DNA from: a virus
Lineage: Duplodnaviria; Caudoviricetes
Strand: one strand, 5' to 3'
Virus record (IMG/VR): IMGVR_UViG_3300048848_000230
Location: 1 to 41,933 of that record
DNA length: 41,933 nucleotides
Of the stretch, positions 32,825 to 41,933 are shown piece by piece; position 1 is the stretch's first letter; the number at the start of each line of letters is the position of its first letter. A program made the position numbers and the translations under genes. Under the pieces are notes generated by a model. It did not search any database. It was not told where the DNA came from and saw only the letters and a list, made by a program, of their open reading frames with translations.

Positions 32825-35479
32825 TTGGCCGACCGCAACCTGCGCATCCGCATGCTCATGGATGCGGCCGACCGCGTCAGTCGGCCGCTCAAGGACATTG
32901 CCGGGGGTTCCCGCGCAGCCTCGGCCGAGCTGCGCGGCACCCGCGATCGCCTGCGCGAGGTGGACCGCGCCCAGGAGCAGCTGAACAGCTTCACCACCCT
33001 GCGCAATGGCATGCGGGCCTCCGCAACCGCGATGCGCGACGCGCAGCTGCGCGCTGCCGCCCTTGGGCGGGAGATCGAGCAGACAAACCGGCCGACCCGC
33101 GCCATGAAGCGCGAGTTCGCGGAAGCCTCGCGTGCTGCCGAGCAGCTGGCGACCAGCCACCGCCACGACGCCCAGCAGCTGCGCGATCTGCGCACCGCGC
33201 TGCAGGCGGCCGGCGCCGACACCCGCGATCTCTCCCGCTACGAACGCGAGCTGGCCACCCGGTCGGCCGATACCAACCGCCAGCTGGCGGAGCAGGAACA
33301 CCGCCTCGAACGGATCGCCAACCGGGAACACCGGATGGGAACGGCGCGGGACGGGTTCAACCGAACCATGGGCACCGCCGGCAACATCGCTGGCGCGGGC
33401 ATGGCCGCCGGTGCGACGGCGGTCACCGCCGCGGCGCCGCTGGTCGCATCGTCCAGGGTGGCGATGGATCTCGAAGAGGGCATGGCCGGGGTGGCGAAGG
33501 TCACCGGCATGGCGGACATCGAGCTACAGCGGATGCAGGGCAGCATCGTTGATCTGACGACCACCATCCCGATGACCGCTGTCGACCTGGCCAACATCGC
33601 AGCGGCCGGCGCCGCGGCGGGTGTCGGCATGGACAAGACCGGCAAGGCGCTCGCGACCCAGCGCGAGGATTTGATCGCCTTCTCGGGGGACGCCGCGCGC
33701 ATGGGCATCGCCTTCGACATGGCGGCGGAAGATGCGGGCAGCACGATGGCGAAGTGGCGCCAGGCGTTCAAGATGACCCAGCCCGACGTCGTGGCGCTCG
33801 GCGACCGGGTGAACGCGCTCACCAACAAGTTCGGTGGGACGGCCTCAACCGTCGCCGGCATCGTCACCCGCATCGGCCCGCTTGGCGAAGTGGCGGGTAT
33901 CGCAGCACCGCAGGTCGCCGCTCTCGCGTCGTCGCTCAACTCGATCGGCGTCGAGGAAGAAATCGCCGCCACCGGCATCAAGAACACGCTGCTGACGCTG
34001 ACGAAAGGCACCGCCGCCGCAAAGAGCCAGAAGGCGGCGTTCAAGTCGCTGGGGCTCGACGCGGCAAAGGTCGCGAAAGCAATGCAGGTTAATTCCAGCG
34101 GCACGATCGTGGACGTGCTGGAGCGCGTCGGCCGGCTCAGCACCGACAAGCAGGCCAGCGTTCTCAGCGAACTGTTCGGCACCGAATCCGTGGGCGCGAT
34201 AGCCCCGCTGCTGACCAACCTTGACGGGCTGAAGGAACGTCTCGGCCTGGTCGGGGACCAGAGCCGCTACGCCGGCTCCATGACCAACGAGTTCCTGTCG
34301 CGTATCAGCACGACCAAGGGCGCGACGGATCTGGCGGCGAACGGCCTCCAGGCGGTCAATCTGGAGCTCGGTCAGCAGATGCTCCCGAACGTGAAGGCGG
34401 CGGCGCAGTATATTGGCCGCACTGCCCTCGTGATGCGTGCATGGGCAAAGGGACATCCTGGCCACGCCAAGGCGCTGCTATACGTCGCCGGCGGCGCCGC
34501 GGCGCTGTTCGCCATCTTCGCGACCGGCGCGATCATCCTGGCGGGCCTCATGGCGCCGTTCGCTGCCCTGTCGTTCGCATCGACCGCCCTCGGCATCAGC
34601 TTCGGGGGGGCGATGCTGAAGGTCGCGCGCGGCTTGTTCTATCCGATCCGGATGGTCCCGATGCTGGGGCGGGCCTTCCTAGGACTCGCCGGCACCGTCG
34701 CTCGTGCCGGCCTGATGCTGCTCGCCAACCCGATGACATGGATCGTGCTGGGCATCGTCGCCGCGGTCGCGCTGCTCGCCTATGGTGCGTACAAGCTCTA
34801 CCAGAACTGGGATGGGGTGGTCGCCTGGTTCGGCAACCTGTGGACCGGCGTGAAGGGCTTCTTCGCCAGCGGCATCGGCAACATCACCGCCACCGTCCTC
34901 AACTGGTCGCCCCTCGGCATGTTCTACACCGCCTTCGCCGGTGTCATGGGCTGGTTCGGCGTCTCCCTGCCTGCCCGGTTCAGCGACTTTGGCCGGATGC
35001 TGATCAGCGGGCTGATCAACGGCATCACCGGCATGCTCGGTGCGCTACGCTCGACGATCGTCAACGCCGCCAGCTCGGCCGCGAACTGGTTCAAGCAGAA
35101 GCTCGGCATCCGCTCCCCCTCCCGCGTCTTCATGGGCTTCGGCGGCTTCATGATGCAGGGACTGCATAACGGCATCGACCGCGGGGCAGACGGGCCGGTC
35201 GGGCGCATCACCCGGCTATCGCGCGACCTTACCGGCGCGCTCGCGCTCGGCGCTGCCACCCCTGCCCTGGCCGGCGGACTCGCCCCGCCTGGCGGCGCCG
35301 GTTCCAGCTCCACCCAGGCGGCCGCACCGTCGCGGACCTACGTCATCAAGGTCGAGGGCGGCACCGGCGGCCCCAGCGAGATCGAGGCGGCCGTACGCCG
35401 CGCGATTGAGGCGATCGAGCGGGAGAACGCCGCCAACTATCGATCGGCCTTCGCCGACGATGCGGATTGGAACGTCTGA
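32825..35479 (+). CDS. Tail tape measure protein (P2 gpT, TP901-like core)
   Basis: 884 aa, Ala-rich helical; LFGTES..IAPLL, LANP and LGIRSPSRVF motifs. Confidence 0.95.
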   Translation: MADRNLRIRMLMDAADRVSRPLKDIAGGSRAASAELRGTRDRLREVDRAQEQLNSFTTLRNGMRASATAMRDAQLRAAALGREIEQTNRPTRAMKREFAEASRAAEQLATSHRHDAQQLRDLRTALQAAGADTRDLSRYERELATRSADTNRQLAEQEHRLERIANREHRMGTARDGFNRTMGTAGNIAGAGMAAGATAVTAAAPLVASSRVAMDLEEGMAGVAKVTGMADIELQRMQGSIVDLTTTIPMTAVDLANIAAAGAAAGVGMDKTGKALATQREDLIAFSGDAARMGIAFDMAAEDAGSTMAKWRQAFKMTQPDVVALGDRVNALTNKFGGTASTVAGIVTRIGPLGEVAGIAAPQVAALASSLNSIGVEEEIAATGIKNTLLTLTKGTAAAKSQKAAFKSLGLDAAKVAKAMQVNSSGTIVDVLERVGRLSTDKQASVLSELFGTESVGAIAPLLTNLDGLKERLGLVGDQSRYAGSMTNEFLSRISTTKGATDLAANGLQAVNLELGQQMLPNVKAAAQYIGRTALVMRAWAKGHPGHAKALLYVAGGAAALFAIFATGAIILAGLMAPFAALSFASTALGISFGGAMLKVARGLFYPIRMVPMLGRAFLGLAGTVARAGLMLLANPMTWIVLGIVAAVALLAYGAYKLYQNWDGVVAWFGNLWTGVKGFFASGIGNITATVLNWSPLGMFYTAFAGVMGWFGVSLPARFSDFGRMLISGLINGITGMLGALRSTIVNAASSAANWFKQKLGIRSPSRVFMGFGGFMMQGLHNGIDRGADGPVGRITRLSRDLTGALALGAATPALAGGLAPPGGAGSSSTQAAAPSRTYVIKVEGGTGGPSEIEAAVRRAIEAIERENAANYRSAFADDADWNV

Positions 35480-35868
35480 TGCTGATGTCCTTGGGACTGT
35501 TCCCCTTCTCGATCGACACCCTCGCGCATGAGGATCTGTCGCGCCGCACCGCCTGGCGGCACGCGACATCGCAGCGCATCGGCCAGCGCGACGCCGCGCA
35601 ATATGTCGGCCCGGGCGAGGAAACGATCTCGATCGGCGGCACCGCCCATGCCGAGTTGAGCGATGGCCGCCTGAGCCTCGACCAGCTGCGCACGATGGCA
35701 GACAGCGGCGACGCTTGGCCGCTGGTCGACGGCGCCGGCATGATCTTCGGCGCCTTCGTCATCCAGACGCTCGACGAACGGCACAAGGCGCTGTTCGCCG
35801 ACGGCACCCCGCGCGCGATCGACTTCCAGATCGAGCTGCTGCGCCTCGACAGCGAGCAGCCGGCATGA
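35479..35868 (+). CDS. Tail protein U
   Basis: MLMSLGLFPF, QYVGPGEETI, WPLVDGAG, DGTPRAIDF. Confidence 0.94.
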   Translation: MLMSLGLFPFSIDTLAHEDLSRRTAWRHATSQRIGQRDAAQYVGPGEETISIGGTAHAELSDGRLSLDQLRTMADSGDAWPLVDGAGMIFGAFVIQTLDERHKALFADGTPRAIDFQIELLRLDSEQPA

Positions 35869-36887
35869 TCGCCAACATTCCCGACTATCGCGTGGAGGTG
35901 GACGGCGTCGACGTGACGCCGCGGCTGCGCGACCGCGTGCCCGGCAACGGCAACCGCCCGCGCCTGATCTCGCTGGGCATCACCGACAAACGCGGTAGCG
36001 AATCCGACCAGCTCGCCCTGGTGCTCGACGACAGCGACGGCGCCTTCAACCTGCCGCGCACCGGCGCGAAGATCCGCGTGCAGCTGGGCTGGAAGCAGGG
36101 CAGCGACGTGGCGGTCGGCCTGGTCGACAAGGGCACTTTCATCGTAGACGAGGTGTCGCACACCGGCCCGCCCGACGTGATCACCGTCCGCGCCCGCGCC
36201 GCCGACTTCACTGGCGCCATGCGCGTGCGCCGCGAGCGGAGCTGGCGCGGCACCACACTGGGAGCGATCGTCGCCGAGGTTGCTAAGGCACACGACCTCA
36301 AGCCACGCTGCGCGCCTGCCCTGGCGTCGATCGCGATCACCACCAAAGCACAGAGCCGGGAGAGCGACCTCGCCTTTCTGCGCCGCCTCGGCCGCGACCA
36401 CGATGCCGCCGCGACCATCAAGCGCGGCAACCTGGTGCTGGCGCCGCTCGGCAAGGCAGCGACTATTTCCGGCGTCAACCTGCCGGCGCTGACCATCCAT
36501 CGCCGCGACGGCGATCGGCACGACTATCAGCTGCAGAAGCAGGAAGAGGTGACCGGCGTCACCGCCAGCTGGCACGATCGCGGCGCCGCGAAGAAGCAGT
36601 CGGTAACGGTGGGCAAGAAAGACGGCGCGCGCAGGCTGTCCCGCACCTATGCCAACGAAGCGGATGCCCGTGCCGCGGCGGCGGCCGAAAGCAGCCGCGC
36701 CGCGCGCCAGCCCCGCACGCTGGGGCTGAACCTTGCCCTAGGGCGCGCCGACATCAAGCTGGAACAGCCAGTGACCGTTGCCGGGTTCAAAGCCGCGATC
36801 GATGCCCAGCGCTGGGTGGTTGCCGAAGTGTCGCACGCGCTCGGCGAACGGGGGTTTCAGACGCAGGTGAAACTGGAGACTAGTTAG
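35865..36887 (+). CDS. Late control/baseplate hub protein D
   Basis: RLISLGITDKRGSESDQL, LVDKGTFIVDEV, QSRESDLAFLRRLG. Confidence 0.94.
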   Translation: MIANIPDYRVEVDGVDVTPRLRDRVPGNGNRPRLISLGITDKRGSESDQLALVLDDSDGAFNLPRTGAKIRVQLGWKQGSDVAVGLVDKGTFIVDEVSHTGPPDVITVRARAADFTGAMRVRRERSWRGTTLGAIVAEVAKAHDLKPRCAPALASIAITTKAQSRESDLAFLRRLGRDHDAAATIKRGNLVLAPLGKAATISGVNLPALTIHRRDGDRHDYQLQKQEEVTGVTASWHDRGAAKKQSVTVGKKDGARRLSRTYANEADARAAAAAESSRAARQPRTLGLNLALGRADIKLEQPVTVAGFKAAIDAQRWVVAEVSHALGERGFQTQVKLETS

Positions 36888-36897
36888 CCAGCGCTGT

Positions 36898-37371
36898 CTA
36901 AACTTCGAAGAACTCGCTGTGTTCGCCGAGCCCGCTCATTACCGTTCGACAGGTATACAGAACATCGTGCTTCCTGCCGTCTGGCGTCTCCACCACTATG
37001 GTGTGAGGCATGTCAGCCCATGTTGAACCGTCGGAGAAGTAAACTCCGCCATCGAAGGCAGCTCCACCTCCGCGCTTTAGATGTTCGGCTCGAAGTCCGA
37101 TCAACTCGGTATTCGGATGACGTGTAAGTTCCACGTGCTTGGCAGCGTTTGCAATCGCACGCACGATATCGAACTGCGGGATGATCACCGCAATTTCGTT
37201 CGCGATCTGGTGAGCTGGCCGCCCTCGGACGTGGCCCACGACATCGGCAAAGTGATATAACATGATGCAAGTTGCAATGGCGAGTTCGTAGCTCTCCGGC
37301 TCACTCTCGAACCTGCGGCAAAGTGGCGCCGCAAGTTCGTCTAGATATACTTTGGGCTGCGAGAAAGCCAT
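36898..37371 (-). CDS. Hypothetical protein with HEPN-like motif, downstream of the repressor
   Basis: Helical N-half with LYHFAD and RAIANAAKH; GGAAAGG RBS; about 25 bp after the cI stop. Confidence 0.7.
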   Translation of the reverse strand: MAFSQPKVYLDELAAPLCRRFESEPESYELAIATCIMLYHFADVVGHVRGRPAHQIANEIAVIIPQFDIVRAIANAAKHVELTRHPNTELIGLRAEHLKRGGGAAFDGGVYFSDGSTWADMPHTIVVETPDGRKHDVLYTCRTVMSGLGEHSEFFEV

Positions 37372-37395
37372 CGCCTGCTAGCCTTTCCGGATCTT

Positions 37396-38139
37396 CTAAA
37401 AGCCCAGCGCCTCATCCCACGGCATCACCCGGTGCACGGCAGCGACCTGCTCATTCGGCACCGCGAAGGTCGCGTCAGGATTGAACTGGCGCAGCATGAC
37501 CGCCCCTGGCCGGCGCCGCACCAGTTGCTTGATCAGGACGTGCCGCACTTCCTCCCCGTCGAAGGTCGGGCCGCGCAGCTGCACCACGACGTCGTCGCCG
37601 ACGCCCGGCGAGCGCTTCGGGTCGATCAGCAGGCGCCGTCCCGAATCGTAGCGGGGCTCCATCGAATGACCGGCCACCTCCACGACATAGAGATCGGGCC
37701 GGCCCGTCACTCCGATCGGGCGCGCCATGAAGTCGATCGCCTCGACCATATGCACTTCGGTCTGCTCGACCTTCACCACCACGCCCGCTTCGTCGTCGTA
37801 CTCGATGTCGGCGCCCAGCGCGCTGCCGTAGATCGGAAGCGTTTTTGGCAGACGCCTGAAGGTGTCAGCCGACAAACCGCCTTCTGCCGGAATACTCCGC
37901 TCGATCGCACTCTCGCGGCCAAGAAGCCACTCCGACGTCGTGTTCAATGTCTCCGCAATCGCCTCAAGTCGATCAATCGCGGGCATATGGCCGGCGAGGA
38001 TAGCCCTGATCGCATCCGGGCGATTTAGGGCAGCAATCGACACCTCGCGAGCTGACATGTTCAGCTCGCCGAGCTTTGCGCGAATGCGCTCCTTGAGGAT
38101 TTCAGGCACGTTTTTCCTCATGCGGCGCTCATGCCGCAT
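37396..38139 (-). CDS. CI-like repressor (HTH + S24 peptidase); start may be 38121
   Basis: N-terminal HTH (IAETLNTTSEWLLG), VAGHSMEPRY (catalytic Ser), LIKQL (catalytic Lys). Confidence 0.93.
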   Translation of the reverse strand: MRHERRMRKNVPEILKERIRAKLGELNMSAREVSIAALNRPDAIRAILAGHMPAIDRLEAIAETLNTTSEWLLGRESAIERSIPAEGGLSADTFRRLPKTLPIYGSALGADIEYDDEAGVVVKVEQTEVHMVEAIDFMARPIGVTGRPDLYVVEVAGHSMEPRYDSGRRLLIDPKRSPGVGDDVVVQLRGPTFDGEEVRHVLIKQLVRRRPGAVMLRQFNPDATFAVPNEQVAAVHRVMPWDEALGF

Positions 38140-38206
38140 ATGGATGACGTATGCATGCGGAAAGTTTCAGTTGACGCTTGCTGCGTGAGTGCCGTAAATA
38201 TGCGGC
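38120..38206. promoter_or_regulatory. Lysis/lysogeny switch: operator-like palindromes and rightward promoter
   Basis: ATGCGGC-N6-GCCGCAT (38120-38139), TGCCGTA-AATA-TGCGGCA next to the cro start, TTGACG-N17-GTAAAT (38171-38199). Confidence 0.6.
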
Positions 38207-38560
38207 ATGGACACAGCGTATGAGAACGTGCTGCGAACGCTTGCTGCCTGCTACGAGCAGGAAGCCGCAGCGCATGGTGGCAAATCGCTCGCCCGCGTGG
38301 CGACGATCGTCGTCAACAATGGCGCGTTCTTCAACCGTCTGAGGGAGGGCAAGCCCTTCCTGGTCCACAATCTTGAGAAGTTCACGGCCTGGTTCCGCGA
38401 GCCCGCGAACTGGCCCAACCTGTCCATCCCTCATGATGCCGCCGCTGCCCTGACCAGCATCGGCCGTTCCCCTTTTCCGCTCATGCCGCATTCGTACCGC
38501 ACCGGTACGGCGCACGTCGCGTCGAATGCCGCCCCTGTTTTCGATCGGACGCGCGCATGA
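38207..38560 (+). CDS. Cro-like regulator
   Basis: Divergent from cI; SLARVATIVVNNGAFFNRLREG HTH-like segment. Confidence 0.7.
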   Translation: MDTAYENVLRTLAACYEQEAAAHGGKSLARVATIVVNNGAFFNRLREGKPFLVHNLEKFTAWFREPANWPNLSIPHDAAAALTSIGRSPFPLMPHSYRTGTAHVASNAAPVFDRTRA

Positions 38561-39051
38561 CGTTGCCCCGCACCCCGGACACGGCGGCAGGCGCCATCGT
38601 GCGGATTGTCGGCCTGATCGGATACACCGCCGCAGCGGCGGTCGTGGGGCGCAAGGTCACCTGCGTCCGCGACTGGACGAATGAGGCCACCACCTCCTGC
38701 CCCAGCTTCGCCCAGGCGCTCGCTTTGGACGCAGCGTTTATCGCCGCCGGTGGCGAGAACGCGCCCTTGCATGACGCCTATGCGGCGCAGCTCGAAATCG
38801 AGCTCGACGTGCGCACCGCCTGCACCCGTACCCTTTCCAGCGAGGTGGCCACCGCCGCCCGCGAATGCGGCGAGTTCATCGCTGCCAGTTTGTCGGTCTG
38901 TCAGGCCGGTCACAGCCCCAACGATGTGCAGCGCGCATTGCTCGAAGCCGACGAGGCAGAGAGCAGAGTCGCGGCCGTCAAGCGCCGGCTGTTCAGTTTC
39001 CTTAAGACCGGCGCGGGGCCGGTCGGGAAAGCCGGGGGTTCCCACCAATGA
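38557..39051 (+). CDS. CII-like phage regulatory protein
   Basis: N-terminal HTH-like AAAVVGRK..VRDW, QALALD, helical C-terminus; position after cro. Confidence 0.6.
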   Translation: MTLPRTPDTAAGAIVRIVGLIGYTAAAAVVGRKVTCVRDWTNEATTSCPSFAQALALDAAFIAAGGENAPLHDAYAAQLEIELDVRTACTRTLSSEVATAARECGEFIAASLSVCQAGHSPNDVQRALLEADEAESRVAAVKRRLFSFLKTGAGPVGKAGGSHQ

Positions 39052-39383
39052 TACGAGCTACGCGTCCGCGCCAGCCTTCCTTCCACTGCCCTCACTGCCG
39101 GTCGCGGGCGATCGTCCGCAGCAGCGCGCAGGTCACCGACCTGGTGCGCGAGCTGGACTATGCCTGCACCAACCATCTGTGCGGCCACACCTTCGTCGCC
39201 CAGCTGGAGGCGGTTCGCACCATCGTGCCCAGCGCGATGCCGAACCCCACCGTTCACCTGCCCTTGGGCAACCGCAACCTGGGGCCGAAGCGCCTGCCCG
39301 TACCGGCCAATGACGACGTCCGCGTGCCGGCCAACGAAGACGGCCCCAGCGTCGCCCAGGCCCCTGATCCCGTGAGCGGCTGA
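39048..39383 (+). CDS. ogr: Ogr/Delta-like zinc-finger late-gene activator
   Basis: CPHC..IVRSS..ELDYACTNHLCGHTFVAQLE.VRTI.PS. Confidence 0.9.
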   Translation: MIRATRPRQPSFHCPHCRSRAIVRSSAQVTDLVRELDYACTNHLCGHTFVAQLEAVRTIVPSAMPNPTVHLPLGNRNLGPKRLPVPANDDVRVPANEDGPSVAQAPDPVSG

Positions 39384-39496
39384 CCCGACGCGGCCCCCGC
39401 CGCGCCCACGCTTCTTCCCGACTGCCCTGATCACCCGGCTTTACACCCGGCTGCCGGCATCGCCCCCGCTTTGCCCTGTTCCCGAAAGGATGCCCC

Positions 39497-39958
39497 ATGC
39501 TGCACCGTCACGCCTTTGCCACGCCGCCGCGCAAGCGGTTCCTTCCCCGCATTCCCGACGCACGGCCGCTGGCGCCCGAAGGCTATCTGCGCCTGCGCCG
39601 CAAGGATGCCGGTCTGGAGATTCGCGACCTTGCCGCCCGCCTGACCGACCTGCGCACCGCGTTGGTTGAGGCCGGCGAACTGCCCGCCGGCATGCTGACC
39701 GAGGGTGGTGACGTTGTTTCGATCCTGATCATGCTTGAGGCGCCGGGCGTCCGCGCCCGCATGCGGGAAACGCTCGACGCAATCGCCGCGGTGATGCCGT
39801 TCGATGCCGACGTCTATCAGCAGCTGGCCGATGCGGACCCGCGTCGCCACCCGCGGGTCTGTCGTGGCTGCGGCACCTCGGCTCACGATCATGACATGAC
39901 CAGCTGGGCGACCGCGACCAGCTGCACCCGCTGCGATCCCGCCGGAGACGGCCTGTGA
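39497..39958 (+). CDS. XRE-like HTH protein with C-terminal zinc ribbon
   Basis: YLRLRRKDAGLEIRDLA; CRGC and CTRC. Confidence 0.7.
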   Translation: MLHRHAFATPPRKRFLPRIPDARPLAPEGYLRLRRKDAGLEIRDLAARLTDLRTALVEAGELPAGMLTEGGDVVSILIMLEAPGVRARMRETLDAIAAVMPFDADVYQQLADADPRRHPRVCRGCGTSAHDHDMTSWATATSCTRCDPAGDGL

Positions 39959-40101
39959 CCGCCCGCCGCGTCCTCGCGCGGCGGGAGATGACCCGCCGAA
40001 CCTTGCGCGCCCTGGTCATCGCCGGCGGCATCGTCGTCGCGATGCTCTGCATCCCGGCGCTGATCGTGAAGACCTTCGCCGATGCCAAGGGCCAACGGTG
40101 A
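39955..40101 (+). CDS. Small single-TM protein, 48 aa (missing from the ORF track)
   Basis: GTGA overlap with the previous stop; RRTLRALVIAGGIVVAMLCIPALIVK. Confidence 0.5.
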   Translation: MTARRVLARREMTRRTLRALVIAGGIVVAMLCIPALIVKTFADAKGQR

Positions 40102-40303
40102 TGAGCGCGCGCGTAACCCGACCGGCGCGGTCGCCAGCGGCGACCGCGCGGTCTTCCTTGGCCTCGGCCCAAGCGGCGCACACTGTGACGTGCTCGCCGT
40201 GCGCGGCCGGTTCGCCACCATCCGCGTCGACGGGCAGCGGCCCTTCCTCGCCCGCGTCGACGACTGTCACCCAATCCCTCGCCGCCCCCCGCCCATGTGG
40301 TGA
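40082..40303 (+). CDS. Small hypothetical protein (SH3/KOW-like beta pattern)
   Basis: GDRAVFLG..CDVLAVRGRFATIRVDG in the early operon. Confidence 0.5.
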   Translation: MPRANGDERARNPTGAVASGDRAVFLGLGPSGAHCDVLAVRGRFATIRVDGQRPFLARVDDCHPIPRRPPPMW

Positions 40304-40346
40304 AGCGAACGAAGGAACACTGGCCGAGCCTAAAAACAGGCTCAGC

Positions 40347-40592
40347 ATGGGCGAGCGCGCCCGCCGGATCACGCTGCTGCGCGAAGCTGCCGAACTGTGC
40401 GGCACAGCCCGCGCCGCCGCTGCACTCGGCATCGAGCGCCGCTCGTTCCGCGCCAAGCTCGAAGCATCCCGCGGCGTCGCGGTCACAGACCTGCACGCAA
40501 TGGCGGAAGCACTCGACCGGCACGCCGCCGCTGCCGCCGCGCACGCCGCCGCGATCCGCAACAACCTGTCAGAGAGAAAGAACGCCGCATGA
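40347..40592 (+). CDS. Small HTH protein (start uncertain)
   Basis: LLREAAELCGTARAAAALGIERRSFR; ATGA overlap with xis. Confidence 0.6.
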   Translation: MGERARRITLLREAAELCGTARAAAALGIERRSFRAKLEASRGVAVTDLHAMAEALDRHAAAAAAHAAAIRNNLSERKNAA

Positions 40593-40843
40593 GCGCGGAA
40601 TTCGACCCGCAGGCCCGCCTGCAGAGCAAGGCCGGCATCTGCGCCTATCTCGGCCACATCAGCACCGCGACCTATGACATCTGGGCACAGAAGGGCTTGG
40701 TGCCCGGTCCGGTGCGCGGCACCAACCGTTACGACGTGCGCGCGCACGACCAGCTGCTCGACCGGCATGCGCGCCTGGACACCGGCACGACCACGCTCTC
40801 GCCGCTCGAACAGTGGGAGGCGGAACATGCGCGTGCCGCTTAA
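40589..40843 (+). CDS. Excisionase-like protein
   Basis: ICAYLGHISTATYDIWAQKGLVPGPV..RYDVRA, AlpA/Xis-like wHTH, overlapping the integrase start. Confidence 0.78.
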   Translation: MSAEFDPQARLQSKAGICAYLGHISTATYDIWAQKGLVPGPVRGTNRYDVRAHDQLLDRHARLDTGTTTLSPLEQWEAEHARAA

Positions 40844-41933
40844 GGGCGTCTACGCGAGCAAGAAGAAGCTCGCCGATGGTACCCGCCGGACCTACTATTT
40901 CCTGCGCGGGTTCGGCGCCATTAAGCCACTGGAGGGCGACGAGGCCGAAGAGTTCGCGCCCGGCACCCCTGCGTTCATGCGGGCGTTCCACGCCGCGATC
41001 CAGGCGCCCCGTATTGCCCGCACCCACGGCACGCTGCAGGCGATCATCGACGGCTACCAGCGCTCTCCGCAGTATCTGAAGCTCGCCCCCCGAACGAAGC
41101 GCGACTACGACGGCGCGTTGCTCCGTATAGGCGAGCGGTTCGGCAACTACCCGCTGGCGGTGATCGAAGATCCCAAGATCCGCGTGCGCTTCCTTCAGTG
41201 GCGGGACGACCGCGCCAAGACGTCTGCGCGCCAGGCGGACGCCGTGCTGGGCGTGCTGCGCATCATCCTCGAATGGGGCCGCGACCGTGGCTTGCTGATG
41301 CACAACCACGCGACCCGCCCGAAGAAGGTCTACAAGGCCGATCGCGCGGACAAGCTTTGGCTTCCCCCCGACATCGCGGCGCTACAGGAAGCGGCCGAGC
41401 CTGAAATTAGGCTCGCCTTTGAACTGGCGCTGGGTACTGGCCAGCGCAAGGGCGACCTCTTGGCCCTGCCGTGGACTGCCTACGACGGCCAGCGCATCCG
41501 CCTACGCCAAGCCAAGCGCAACCGCATGATCGACATGCCGGTCACCCAGTCGCTGAAGGCGCTGCTGGACGCGCAGCCGCGCACCGCCAGGACGATCCTG
41601 ACCCGCAACGGCAAACCGTGGGGCAAGGTCAACTTCGACCACCGCTGGCGCGAGACGGTCGTCCGCGCCGGTCGCGATGGACTGCACTTCCACGATCTGC
41701 GCGGCACCGCCTGCACGATCCTCGCGCAAGCCGGCGCCACGCCATCCGAGATCGCTGCGATGCTCGGTTGGACCGTCTCCACGGTCGCCCGGATGCTCGA
41801 TCTCTACCAGGCGATGACCGCGTCGCTGAGCGATTCTGCGGTCGCAAAACTCGAAGCGCGCAACGCGCAGTTGCGGAACGAGGTGCGGAACGCGCCCGAA
41901 ACGCACACCGAAAAAGGGGAAGAAAGTGAATAA
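40827..41933 (+). CDS. int: Tyrosine recombinase (phage integrase)
   Basis: GGAGG RBS; TGQRKGD (Arg), FHDLRGT (HxxR), LGW and LDLY (Tyr). Confidence 0.96.
   Translation: MRVPLKGVYASKKKLADGTRRTYYFLRGFGAIKPLEGDEAEEFAPGTPAFMRAFHAAIQAPRIARTHGTLQAIIDGYQRSPQYLKLAPRTKRDYDGALLRIGERFGNYPLAVIEDPKIRVRFLQWRDDRAKTSARQADAVLGVLRIILEWGRDRGLLMHNHATRPKKVYKADRADKLWLPPDIAALQEAAEPEIRLAFELALGTGQRKGDLLALPWTAYDGQRIRLRQAKRNRMIDMPVTQSLKALLDAQPRTARTILTRNGKPWGKVNFDHRWRETVVRAGRDGLHFHDLRGTACTILAQAGATPSEIAAMLGWTVSTVARMLDLYQAMTASLSDSAVAKLEARNAQLRNEVRNAPETHTEKGEESE
41872..41891 (+). repeat. Integrase arm-type site candidate
   Basis: TGCGGAAC-GAGG-TGCGGAAC direct repeat at the 3' end of int. Confidence 0.55.

Larger units (their letters stand above)
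1..41933. mobile_element. P2-like temperate prophage (att ends not visible; probably extends slightly beyond both window edges)
   Basis: Complete P2-type head, tail, baseplate and lysis gene set plus Ogr-like activator, cI/cro, xis and tyrosine integrase. Confidence 0.96.

Noticed and set aside
23130-36575. Long antisense ORFs over tail genes (e.g. 23130-25157, 30346-31710, 35346-36575)
   Set aside because: Same GC/codon-bias shadow effect opposite well-supported genes
41892-41933. attR core
   Set aside because: No matching direct repeat at the left end of the window; att sites probably lie outside

Overview
The window is most of a P2-like (Peduoviridae-type) temperate prophage, high GC and probably from a sphingomonad alphaproteobacterium (host inferred from protein families and an alpha-type LexA box). 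It has a full head module (Q, P, O, N, M, L), lysis genes (holin, GH24 endolysin, two spanins) and a contractile tail/baseplate module (X, R, S, J, I, H, two tailspike-like genes, V, W, FI, FII, E/E', T, U, D). A cI/cro switch, CII-like and Ogr-like regulators, xis and a tyrosine integrase lie at the right end; an HTH replication-initiator-like gene and a P2-type cos-like site lie at the left. Most notable is the accessory region between cos and portal (about 3950-10150). There, four unrelated genes, one a type ISP/IIG-like restriction-modification enzyme, are each bounded by one of five direct copies of a ~130-bp non-coding element. The element has att-site geometry: a GGCGGA-N7-TCCGCC core, a TACCCC direct repeat at fixed distance, and ~30-bp imperfect palindromes at its edges. 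This suggests an integron-like cassette array without IntI. Other points: a WYL-like insertion in tail protein S, a HEPN-like gene behind cI, a LexA-boxed small protein with a beta-clamp motif, a structured leader on a frameshifted orphan MTase, three perfect late-promoter palindromes, and a tailspike/acyltransferase pairing. All protein calls come from motifs and synteny read by eye; no database search was run.
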